Of a stretch of DNA of 64,000 bases, positions 1-8,687 are shown piece after piece. Source of the DNA: Christensenellaceae bacterium Phil7 (GTDB lineage Bacteria > Bacillota > Clostridia > Christensenellales > CAG-138); contig MSGV01000001.1 in assembly GCA_001940845.1 (NCBI GenBank), forward strand, positions 25,975 through 89,974. Reading direction: 5' to 3'. A program made the position numbers and the translations under genes. The notes beneath the pieces were generated by a model. The model saw only the letters and a list, made by a program, of their open reading frames with translations, did no database searches and was not told the origin of the DNA. The stretch's first letter is position 1. Each line of letters starts with the position of its first letter.

Positions 1-3000
1 CAGAATCGCGTTTTAGGATCATATGGGTCAACAAATCATCTGAGCCGCAAAAAATAATTTTGATTTTGCTCGGTTTATTTTGCTCAGGGCTTGACAACAG
101 ATTGCAAATTTCGACAAATTCGCACCAAGATGGAGCATTCCAATGTTCAACAACCTGCTGGAATTCATCAAGTAGTAACCACAGTTCAAGATCAGCAGCC
201 TCTAATAACTCATTAAGCTCATAGTATTTTGACTCAATGCTTGTAACATCATCCTGTAAAACCCGCAACATATCGCGAATTAAGTTGCTGGATAATTTAA
301 CTTTCCCAGGCGAGCCAAGGCGACTTCTTTTGGTTAATCCGTAAATAAGAGTGTCAACCAGAAGGTATTGCGACATTCGATAAGGATCATCATATGGAAC
401 CACCTTTGTTCTATCTATAATTTGTTGCTTGTAATCAGAGTCTTTCCCCAGACCATTTTCGCCACCGATAAGAACAGATAGGACATTTCCTTTGTCAATA
501 GCATGCTTGTTTCTAATCCAGTTCATCAAAGATGTTTTTCCGATTCTGGATGGGCCATAGATAAGCGTGACTCCAGAAGGAATGCTTTTTGCTATCAGTT
601 CTTTTTTGTCATCCCGGCCAAACAGCAATTGATCCTCGGTCACGGCAGAGGAAACACTTTGTCTAGCAGCTGTCAATGCCTCTGCCGGAACATTAGGAGT
701 ATGCGGAGATTTGACATAGATTACTCCTTGTGTAGAACATACCACTTCTTTCGTACCGTTTTGTGCGGCATATGTTACCATTAGCTTCACAGAGATTTTC
801 TTTTCAGAAGATACTATGAGCCGGGCAACGCCTCCCGTGATAGAGCCACTTTGCAGTTCTACTATATGTTGAATGTTGATGAATACACTGGGCTGATTTT
901 CTTGCTGCAATACAACTGCCAATCCTTCACTTGAGAAAGAAACAGATCTATTTCCGACATTTTTTATCTGGAAATAAACGCAATTGTCAGTTGTTTCTAG
1001 ATTTTCAATTTCAATGGACAGCTGAATGCCGTTAGCGAGCCACTCAATCTCGTCTTTAAGCGCACGCATTACATTCATAGAATACGGAGAAATCAGTCCA
1101 GAGAACATATTCAACAGAGAAGTATATCCCTTGTGTTTTTCATCGTTGCTAATATCTGGAGACGCAAGCTCAGCACACTCATCCAATATCCGCTTTCTTA
1201 GATCAGCAAAATCTATGAGTGCGTTTGCTTCTCTTAGAAACTCTTCAATAATTGCGCTGTACTTTACCCAAAGAGCTAACGATAAGCCACTGTTAATTAT
1301 GGCAGAAAATTTTGACTTAAGGTTCTCTGTCTGGGCACTGTATTTTTTGCTAGAGAAAATTGAGCGATTGATATACAACTCAGCAATGATTGACAATCGG
1401 TTTTCAATCGTCAGTCCAACCTCAGGGCGCAGTAATACAAGCCCTATCTCTAGGGCTAAGTCATTGACCGGAGGAATGTTTACCTCTACATGTGTGTTTC
1501 GAGTGTTTACTCTCCACAGCAAGGTTTCCAGACCTAGTTTAGATTGCATCCATGGGTCATCTGCCTCAAGATAACCTGCATACGAATCATTTGCTGCTTG
1601 AACGGTAGTGGGAATGTTATCTTCACCAAAAACTGATTTGAGTAATCTATAAGGGAATACAAACTTTACATTCTTAACCGTATTTTCTCGACTGCCATCC
1701 GAATGTACCTTGTTGGGTTTAAATTTCTGGACAGTCCCGTTTGCAAACTCAACGATTCGATTTGCTTCATCGGTCCAATCATGTGGCACCAAAGAACAAA
1801 AGTCATTATCATCGATAATACTCTTTGCTAGTTCTGAGTTTTTCTTGATACAAGCGAGGAGTGCACACAAATGGATATAAATACCCTTGGATTTACCCTT
1901 ACATACAAGGTAATCTGAGATGTATTTGTATTTTTCACATATCAAGTTGTCCCTTTGTGTGATCACCAGCGATCTGAAGCGGTCACTAATTAAGAAATCA
2001 AACTGTCTAGAGCATAACAAAGGAATTAACCAGCGATGATGCTTGCTGATTTCGGCAACATCCATAGCTACAATACTGTTCAAAATCTGTGAGCCTTTAT
2101 CCATAAAGGCTAATTGTTCAAAAATAGAGACAGCAGAGGAATCAAACCTATCCTTAAGTGCCACCAACGCATCATGCGCATAATCAGAAATCGATTCAGC
2201 CAGAGGCAATGCTACAGAAAAATCACCAACACGAATGCCGTTCCACAAATGACTGTATAGGCTAGTATTGAAATACCTAAAGTCAAGCAACATGATCAGC
2301 TTACGACAAATCAACTTGTAGTGTGCAGGCATTTCACACAATATCTGTGCATAGCTGTCATACAAATCTTCTGCATGACCCACCATCACAGCAAACAAAA
2401 AGTGGTTTTTGAATTTTTGCTCAAGCCCATCCAGCTCTATAAATTGATTAACTGCTTCTACAAACGGTACATATGCATTTGCATAGACGTCATCATAATG
2501 ACCGTTCTTTTCCATCAGAGCCAGAATGTCAGCATCATTTATGCAGTTGGGACTTCTAAGAACAAGCAACAAATACAATTTCAGGTAACGCCACTTTTTA
2601 TAAAAGAAGGGGAAAGTCGAATTCTGTATAGATTGAGCTTTGTATGCGCACCATAGCAGTCGCAGGTATACCCTGTAGCTTTGAAGAACTGTAAAATCAG
2701 AGAACTTCTTATCTAATGACTCGTATATATCCTGATCATATAGTACCTCAAAAATATATGAATACACCAGCATTTTGTGCGACTCGTTGCTACACGCCTT
2801 ATCAAAAGTGAATAGACCTGTTTTTTCAGGATAGGTAGATAAAATTTCTATACAATCACGCTTAAAACGCCGTACATAGTATTCATCGTAAAAAAGGCCC
2901 TCTTTGTCCAGTAATAAAACATCATCATCACTGTAAACGATACGCAAGATACTCAGTAAGGCATACTCATTTTCTGTCATACTAGGCCAATCTTCCGAGA

Positions 3001-6000
3001 ACAATACTTCTGTGGTTTCTTGAATATTGCAATTGTTTAAATAATTGTGACAGATTACAGAAAAAAGTGCTTGTTTGCTGGTTGCAGATTGGGCCAGTGC
3101 TTTCAGCTCAAATATACTTAGCTCTGTTCCCAAAAGTGATAGAATCTCATGGAACGCCGAATGACCGCTTGTTCCATATGTATTCTGACAGTATCGTTTG
3201 AAGTCCTTAATATTTTCTTCGTAAGTATTTAGCCACACATTATCAGTAATAATGTGCTGATACAGAATCTTGTTGCTCAACGCATCGACGAGTCGTTGGC
3301 ACAGGGATACACTTTGACTATCTTTTATAACTTCAAACGCGTATATCAAAAAGTTCGGAGGATACAATGCGGTGTTGGTGCTATTCAATATATAATCCAA
3401 TGCACCCTGAGAATAATTGCTATCTTGGTAGTTCAATACTTTACGCAAGACAGTTTCACATACACATATATTACAGGCATTCCGTTCAAGACCATTTTTG
3501 ACCAAATGGTTCAAGAAAGAAACCCAGGCATCTTCGCTTGATGCATTAGCCATAATATTGTCATAATAGAAACTAAAAACATGGCCTTCCCTATGATCTT
3601 TATAATTTGGAATGGTAATCCTGCTAGCCCAATTCAGAAAATCAATTAAAACATCTGTTTTCAGCGTTTGAAATGCATATGCAATAACATGATGTTGACT
3701 CTTTAGTTTGTTGAAATCAACATATTTACCGAGTTGGCTGCGGATTTGACTATACAGTCGCACAAACCCCTTGTCCACTTTTGATCCAAAAATCGTGAAC
3801 AAGTATGCTGCGTGCATGTATTTTTTCTCATATACGTATAACGCTAGTAGCGAGTTGATTATTAAAGGCTGAGTCGGCTTAAATTCCGCTAGCAACATTT
3901 TGACTGCTTCATTACGCATTGATGCATCGCCGATACACGCAAAAGCTTTGGGAGAAAGCCCGTTCTCCCTGAAGTTTTCGCCAATTGCTTGTACCAACAA
4001 TGTGTTTCTTTCCGAAGCATCTAAACTTCGAGACGCCCATAAGAAAGAGATCGCATCGGTGTATCTGTGCAAATGAATAAGCGACTCAATATACTGACCT
4101 GCGTGCTTTCTTCTTGTTTCTTCCAGTTCAAACCGCGAATCTAAAGAATAATACTCTGCAAACGCAGAATATGCACCTTTGCGGTAGAGTTCCTCGAAAA
4201 CAGCATCGATGTTTTCAATAGAGAGATCAGTCGGTGGGTAGGTTCGAACGAACCATTCAGCGTAGTGTGTTTGTAACTTAAGATAATTCGGGAAATCCAT
4301 ACGGAATACTGCGAATAAATCCACAAACTGACTTTCAGTTTCTGGTGCAATGCAATTCAAATGCTGAGTTTTTCGGGTGTAAAAGCTATTCGAAAATTTA
4401 TTCCAACCGTCCAGCATTCCTGTTGAGTCTGTAGTTGCGTTGTTGGGGCTCATATTAGCATGAACGACGAAGATAATATACGATGCCAATACATACATAT
4501 TGTTACTGTCCACCGCACAACTACACACAGTTTCAAACGAATTAATCAACATATTCTGCTTATCAATTCGAGATAAACCCTTTCCAGACGAGTATCTAAG
4601 AACCTCATCAATTGAGGAATAATCATCATGTAATATTACCCAAGACAGAAGATTCAAATAGTTCTCATTAAGGATGTTGTCGCGATAAGCGTCTCTCCAC
4701 AGCAGCGCTAGGCATCGCTGTAATAATTGCCGATTCACGCCATCGTCAATCAATTGCCTAAATTTACGCTCGGTCCACTCGTCAAGGTTGAAATACAGAT
4801 CGACTAAACGCCATTCAGAAGAAGTTCTTTCTAAATCCCAAAGAGATATGATACTTTGCAATGCATGCATGTTATCGTATTCAACAAATACCGAAACAAT
4901 ATTTGTGCGAATATTTTGGGCAAGCTGTGAACAGCTGAGAATGTTATTGTGAATAATTCTCAGCACAGCCTCAAATGAACACATGCGGAGATCATCAGAC
5001 ATTCTGGGACCCGAGGTAGAATGCCTCATATCTTTCACGATTTGGCAATATTCACTAACAATTTTTTGTATTGATGCTTTGGAGTTTTGAACAAATGCTC
5101 GGATGATGTAAAAATGCGGAATAAGTACATTTTCACAGGCAACAAATCTTGCTGTAATACCAACATAGTTATTATTGAGTGTTTTTTCTGCACCAATCGC
5201 ATTAAGCAGTTTAACAACAAGAGCACTATGCTCAGGGTAATCGAAGTGTGCGATGGCGGTGTCTCCGCACTGAGCAACAATTTCCTCAGAGTAAACACCA
5301 TGGTTCTTCCATTTTTTGATAAACATTGCAGTTGTCGGGTTGCTGACTAACTCTTGCTGGAAAGCATTCAAGCTAATGCTTTCCGAGCTTTCGGGGTAAA
5401 TCAGTCTGTGTGCGCATGTTAATGCTTTTTCCAAATATTCGAGCGGCAATTCTTGCGGCTGCATATTTTTCAAAATATCAGATGCTAAAAAATCTACATA
5501 CCTGCCATTCTCGAAGATCTCATCAAGCACAGCGAAAGACATGTCAGGAATGATAACCTTTGTGGCGTTAATGGTAGAAATATCGGTCGTTTCGATGTCA
5601 ATAGGTGTCTCTCCTTTAAGAACAATTATACCGGGATACAGTTTTCCCTGAATGGCAATATTCTTTTTAAGTTCATATTCAGAGAGATACTTTCCCAAGA
5701 ACAATTCAACAGAGTCCGCATAATTTCTGAAATTAGGGAGTCCGCATTTTTTTGCAATGTTAGGAAAATATGCTGATAACACATAGTCATTCTTGCTAAG
5801 TTCATTACGCAAGAATACATCAATAGCTTCCACTGCCTGTTCAAAAGTTATTGTAGAATCTTGACTAGATTGTTCTGCCGATACTTTATGCCCCAACACC
5901 ACTTGTTCAGGAAGAATTCTTATATAAGCACACTGCTTTTGGTGCAATGTGCGAATGATTCTAATTGGTATTGAGTAATCTATCGCAGGATGATACAATC

Positions 6001-6559
6001 CAGTCTTTGTGTTCCTTGCTGTGCCAGAAACGGCATAGCACACAAGATAAAGGAAGTCTTTTGTATTGAACTTGGTGTTTTCGGGGATAGTACGAATGGT
6101 TGCAGGATTAAAGATGACAGAAAGCCCTTCGGTTGTAGGCTCACTTTTTCCGTACCATTGATTAATAAATGCTTTTTTAAAGGTGCAATAATTAATCACG
6201 CCTATTTTATAGGCAATTTCGTTTGATTCAATTCCTGCCTCAACAGACAGCATATCCCAACTCAACACTTCTTCTTCAATAGTAAAGTTAGACGGAGTCG
6301 AAGATTGCCCTATGGTAGGGTTTGCACTAGTTGAAAAAACTATAGTCTCCTTTCCGTAATTTCCATCAATCCGGAATTCAGGGAAGTTGGATTCTATCCA
6401 GCGCTTAGGTCCTTGATCGCCATATATGCTCCTGGTAATACCAAGTTGTTCTCCCTGTCGTTCAAGCAACGGAGTTAAGTTATTCATTCTTACGAAACCA
6501 TTTGAACTAATTTCGGAAGAGATGATTTCAACAATCTTTTTTCTTTGATGATCCGTCAT
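1..6559 (-). CDS. Giant multidomain protein, 3'-partial (>2,186 aa in window): wHTH-like N-terminus, ~1,700-aa all-alpha region, Ig-like beta domain, P-loop (AAA/STAND-like) NTPase
   Basis: Not in the ORF track because its stop codon lies left of nt 1. I hand-translated the minus strand from ATG 6559-6557 (SD GGAGG upstream) and checked every codon down to nt 2; none is TAA, TAG or TGA. N-terminus is MTDHQRKKIVEIISSEISSNGF. Near the left edge: LLFGRDDKKELIAKSIPSGVTLIYGPSRIGKTSLMNW (Walker A, nt 530-556), LELWLLLDEFQQ (Walker B, nt 158-178) and KIKIIFCGSDDLL. A beta-rich segment (ENLETTDNCVYFQIKNVGNRSVSF...KISVKLMVTYAA) lies at nt ~720-1020. Confidence 0.85.
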   Translation of the reverse strand, partial: MTDHQRKKIVEIISSEISSNGFVRMNNLTPLLERQGEQLGITRSIYGDQGPKRWIESNFPEFRIDGNYGKETIVFSTSANPTIGQSSTPSNFTIEEEVLSWDMLSVEAGIESNEIAYKIGVINYCTFKKAFINQWYGKSEPTTEGLSVIFNPATIRTIPENTKFNTKDFLYLVCYAVSGTARNTKTGLYHPAIDYSIPIRIIRTLHQKQCAYIRILPEQVVLGHKVSAEQSSQDSTITFEQAVEAIDVFLRNELSKNDYVLSAYFPNIAKKCGLPNFRNYADSVELFLGKYLSEYELKKNIAIQGKLYPGIIVLKGETPIDIETTDISTINATKVIIPDMSFAVLDEIFENGRYVDFLASDILKNMQPQELPLEYLEKALTCAHRLIYPESSESISLNAFQQELVSNPTTAMFIKKWKNHGVYSEEIVAQCGDTAIAHFDYPEHSALVVKLLNAIGAEKTLNNNYVGITARFVACENVLIPHFYIIRAFVQNSKASIQKIVSEYCQIVKDMRHSTSGPRMSDDLRMCSFEAVLRIIHNNILSCSQLAQNIRTNIVSVFVEYDNMHALQSIISLWDLERTSSEWRLVDLYFNLDEWTERKFRQLIDDGVNRQLLQRCLALLWRDAYRDNILNENYLNLLSWVILHDDYSSIDEVLRYSSGKGLSRIDKQNMLINSFETVCSCAVDSNNMYVLASYIIFVVHANMSPNNATTDSTGMLDGWNKFSNSFYTRKTQHLNCIAPETESQFVDLFAVFRMDFPNYLKLQTHYAEWFVRTYPPTDLSIENIDAVFEELYRKGAYSAFAEYYSLDSRFELEETRRKHAGQYIESLIHLHRYTDAISFLWASRSLDASERNTLLVQAIGENFRENGLSPKAFACIGDASMRNEAVKMLLAEFKPTQPLIINSLLALYVYEKKYMHAAYLFTIFGSKVDKGFVRLYSQIRSQLGKYVDFNKLKSQHHVIAYAFQTLKTDVLIDFLNWASRITIPNYKDHREGHVFSFYYDNIMANASSEDAWVSFLNHLVKNGLERNACNICVCETVLRKVLNYQDSNYSQGALDYILNSTNTALYPPNFLIYAFEVIKDSQSVSLCQRLVDALSNKILYQHIITDNVWLNTYEENIKDFKRYCQNTYGTSGHSAFHEILSLLGTELSIFELKALAQSATSKQALFSVICHNYLNNCNIQETTEVLFSEDWPSMTENEYALLSILRIVYSDDDVLLLDKEGLFYDEYYVRRFKRDCIEILSTYPEKTGLFTFDKACSNESHKMLVYSYIFEVLYDQDIYESLDKKFSDFTVLQSYRVYLRLLWCAYKAQSIQNSTFPFFYKKWRYLKLYLLLVLRSPNCINDADILALMEKNGHYDDVYANAYVPFVEAVNQFIELDGLEQKFKNHFLFAVMVGHAEDLYDSYAQILCEMPAHYKLICRKLIMLLDFRYFNTSLYSHLWNGIRVGDFSVALPLAESISDYAHDALVALKDRFDSSAVSIFEQLAFMDKGSQILNSIVAMDVAEISKHHRWLIPLLCSRQFDFLISDRFRSLVITQRDNLICEKYKYISDYLVCKGKSKGIYIHLCALLACIKKNSELAKSIIDDNDFCSLVPHDWTDEANRIVEFANGTVQKFKPNKVHSDGSRENTVKNVKFVFPYRLLKSVFGEDNIPTTVQAANDSYAGYLEADDPWMQSKLGLETLLWRVNTRNTHVEVNIPPVNDLALEIGLVLLRPEVGLTIENRLSIIAELYINRSIFSSKKYSAQTENLKSKFSAIINSGLSLALWVKYSAIIEEFLREANALIDFADLRKRILDECAELASPDISNDEKHKGYTSLLNMFSGLISPYSMNVMRALKDEIEWLANGIQLSIEIENLETTDNCVYFQIKNVGNRSVSFSSEGLAVVLQQENQPSVFINIQHIVELQSGSITGGVARLIVSSEKKISVKLMVTYAAQNGTKEVVCSTQGVIYVKSPHTPNVPAEALTAARQSVSSAVTEDQLLFGRDDKKELIAKSIPSGVTLIYGPSRIGKTSLMNWIRNKHAIDKGNVLSVLIGGENGLGKDSDYKQQIIDRTKVVPYDDPYRMSQYLLVDTLIYGLTKRSRLGSPGKVKLSSNLIRDMLRVLQDDVTSIESKYYELNELLEAADLELWLLLDEFQQVVEHWNAPSWCEFVEICNLLSSPEQNKPSKIKIIFCGSDDLLTHMILKRDS

Positions 6560-6620
6560 CTGGCTATAACCTCCTATGACATCAGCAGAATAGTACACTA
6601 ACCGGAAATTACAAATAACA

Positions 6621-7250
6621 TTACAGCAGAGCTTCGTTTAAGTATTCCCTTGCCCGCCGATCCAGTTCTTCAGCAGTGAATGCACAGGGCTGTAGACGCT
6701 CTGCCCAAGCACGGCCGGGATGCAGGCAGTCCCACAAAGGCATCTTTCCACTATGCCGACCTTTTCCAGGGTCGTGGTTTCCAAAACCATCAAGCACCCT
6801 GTTCCAGACGGGCTTGAACCGTTCAATGAGCAGCGATTCCGTGAGCGGAATCCAGATGTCATCTACCGACAAGAAACGGCAGCGGAAATCTGCCAGATCG
6901 AGGTTGGTTGCTGCATCAACGGATTTTGCGTGGTCGGTCAATCTCTTGAAGAGAGCGGTGCCGGGGTCGACATCATCACCCTGTCCGCCCTTTCTGGCTC
7001 CATCGGGTACAGCCTTGCCCACATAAATGGGGCAAAGAAACTGGTCATTTCGATTCACATCTGCAAGGGCTTCATAGGCCGGAAAGTCCCCTACATAATA
7101 CAACGCATAGACTCCGGCACCGATGAACGGCTCCGGCGGCAAAGGATAAATTTCAGACTCCAGAAGTGCGTTTGCAACGCTGGCACCCAGATGCCGCTTG
7201 TCCAGAGGGTTAAATGGTTCAAATACAGGATAATCTGCTTTCTTAGCCAT
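6621..7250 (-). CDS. Type II restriction endonuclease, GIY-YIG class, Eco29kI-like
   Basis: 209-aa ORF with GIY-YIG-like motifs GVYALYYVG and PIYVGKA. FNPLD, DIWIPL, WNRVLDGFGNHDPG and LHPGRAWA match my recollection of the Eco29kI family. Overlaps the upstream methylase gene by 8 nt. Confidence 0.7.
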   Translation of the reverse strand: MAKKADYPVFEPFNPLDKRHLGASVANALLESEIYPLPPEPFIGAGVYALYYVGDFPAYEALADVNRNDQFLCPIYVGKAVPDGARKGGQGDDVDPGTALFKRLTDHAKSVDAATNLDLADFRCRFLSVDDIWIPLTESLLIERFKPVWNRVLDGFGNHDPGKGRHSGKMPLWDCLHPGRAWAERLQPCAFTAEELDRRAREYLNEALL

Positions 7251-8421
7251 TGCCCACCATTCCTTTCATTTGTGTGATTACAGAGTCACCGACCGCCTTT
7301 GCCAGCTTAACAGGTACGGCATTGCCGATCTGGCGCATACTTTCTGTCCAAGATGCACTGAAGATATAATCATCGGGGAAAGTTTGGATTCTTGCACTTT
7401 CACGCACAGTATAATACCGAACGCTGCCATCATCCAGAACGACCATGTTCTCGCCACCGGGAACGCCGTGTGCACCAGCCTTAATGGTCTTGGATGGTTC
7501 GTCCAGCTTGCTGCCGGAGTGACCAGCATAAATCCTTGCCCCATCTCTAAAATCGTGGTTGTTATAGATCCTGGATTGACATAAGTCCGTGGGGTCTGGC
7601 AAATCTCCAATGGCATCTCTCACAGTCTGCCATCTGAGAAGCGGAGTATCCGTGTCCTCTACAGCACGGCGGATAGTGCGGAGTTGGGCAGCAGACAACG
7701 GCACTTCGGATGGTCTCTTCATGTCATGTTCTTCCCAATACTCGCCAGTTACCCATTTGGAATAGAGCAATGTCTCCTGGGAATGTGTGGCTGTTGGGAA
7801 TGTCCAGCTTGCGTTATAATCGCTTCTGAACCCTACGATGATAACACGATGACGAGACTGCGGAACTCCGTAGTCGGCAGCATTTAGTAAGCGGAACACC
7901 ACATTATAGGAAAGCCCCTCATCACGCCCGGAAGTATGGTGCCGCTCCAACAGTGCCAGGTGTTCCTCCCAGGTCATATTATCCTTTTTTATAACTTCCG
8001 GGTGCTGGAGTTGCAAAAGGATATAGTTGAAATAGGAACTGAAGGACTTTCTGAGGAGCCCTTTTACATTTTCAAAAATGAATGCCCGGGGCTGTGTTTC
8101 ACGGACGGCTCGTACCGCTTCGGGGAACATATCCCGCTTGTCATTATAAGCCTGGTGTTTACCGCCCAAAGAAAAGGGCTGACACGGAGGTCCTCCGGCA
8201 ACAAGCTGGATTTTTCCAGTATAGCCGTCATAGCTCACCGTGCGGACATCCGATTGGAATACCGTCCAGTCATTCACACCCGGATAACCGTTTGCAATGT
8301 TCCTTCTGATATTTTCGCAGGAGTCTTTGTCCCACTCAAAAAGAGCCTCGTGTTCAAAGCCTGCCTGTTGCAGTCCGAGTGCAAGACCACCCGTTCCGCT
8401 GAATAATTCTATCGATTTCAT
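7243..8421 (-). CDS. DNA (cytosine-5)-methyltransferase, the R-M partner
   Basis: C5-MTase motifs FSGTGG (I), GGPPCQPFS (IV), ENVKG (VI), QSRHRVIIVGF (VIII) and GNAVPV (X). ATG 8421 (MKSIELF, SD GAGGT) is preferred over the track's GTG at 8433. Confidence 0.92.
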   Translation of the reverse strand: MKSIELFSGTGGLALGLQQAGFEHEALFEWDKDSCENIRRNIANGYPGVNDWTVFQSDVRTVSYDGYTGKIQLVAGGPPCQPFSLGGKHQAYNDKRDMFPEAVRAVRETQPRAFIFENVKGLLRKSFSSYFNYILLQLQHPEVIKKDNMTWEEHLALLERHHTSGRDEGLSYNVVFRLLNAADYGVPQSRHRVIIVGFRSDYNASWTFPTATHSQETLLYSKWVTGEYWEEHDMKRPSEVPLSAAQLRTIRRAVEDTDTPLLRWQTVRDAIGDLPDPTDLCQSRIYNNHDFRDGARIYAGHSGSKLDEPSKTIKAGAHGVPGGENMVVLDDGSVRYYTVRESARIQTFPDDYIFSASWTESMRQIGNAVPVKLAKAVGDSVITQMKGMVGNG

Positions 8422-8429
8422 GTTGTACC

Positions 8430-8660
8430 TCACTTGCTATCAGAACAACTGGTCTTTTCCCCAGGCATTAATTCCATAATGTCGGTTATATCGCAGCTCA
8501 ATGCCGTACAAATCTTAAGTAACACATCGGTTGTGATATTATCTCCCTTGCCGAGTTTTGCAATCGACGCGGAACTTACACCGGCAGCAGCTTTTAATGC
8601 CTGCTTGTTCATATTTCGGTCTATCAGCAACTTCCACAGTTTGTTGTAACTGATATACAT
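8430..8660 (-). CDS. XRE/Cro-type HTH protein, candidate R-M controller (C) protein
   Basis: 76 aa with HTH segment NKQALKAAAGVSSASIAKLGKG. Its stop is 8 nt before the methylase ATG, the typical position for a C protein. Confidence 0.7.
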   Translation of the reverse strand: MYISYNKLWKLLIDRNMNKQALKAAAGVSSASIAKLGKGDNITTDVLLKICTALSCDITDIMELMPGEKTSCSDSK

Positions 8661-8687
8661 CTCATTTCCTCCTAAAGTCTTTGCTTA

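Noticed and set aside
503-6226. Short plus-strand and off-frame minus-strand ORFs listed in the track inside nt 1-6559 (for example 1026-1574, 2321-2656, 5626-5844)
   Set aside because: They overlap the single uninterrupted 2,186-codon minus-strand frame, and their translations look like low-complexity AT-rich noise.
6638-8479. Alternative-frame ORFs across the R-M genes (6676-7026, 6720-7277, 7270-7584, 7936-8406 and others)
   Set aside because: The minus-strand frames carry the canonical GIY-YIG and C5-MTase motifs. The alternatives carry none.
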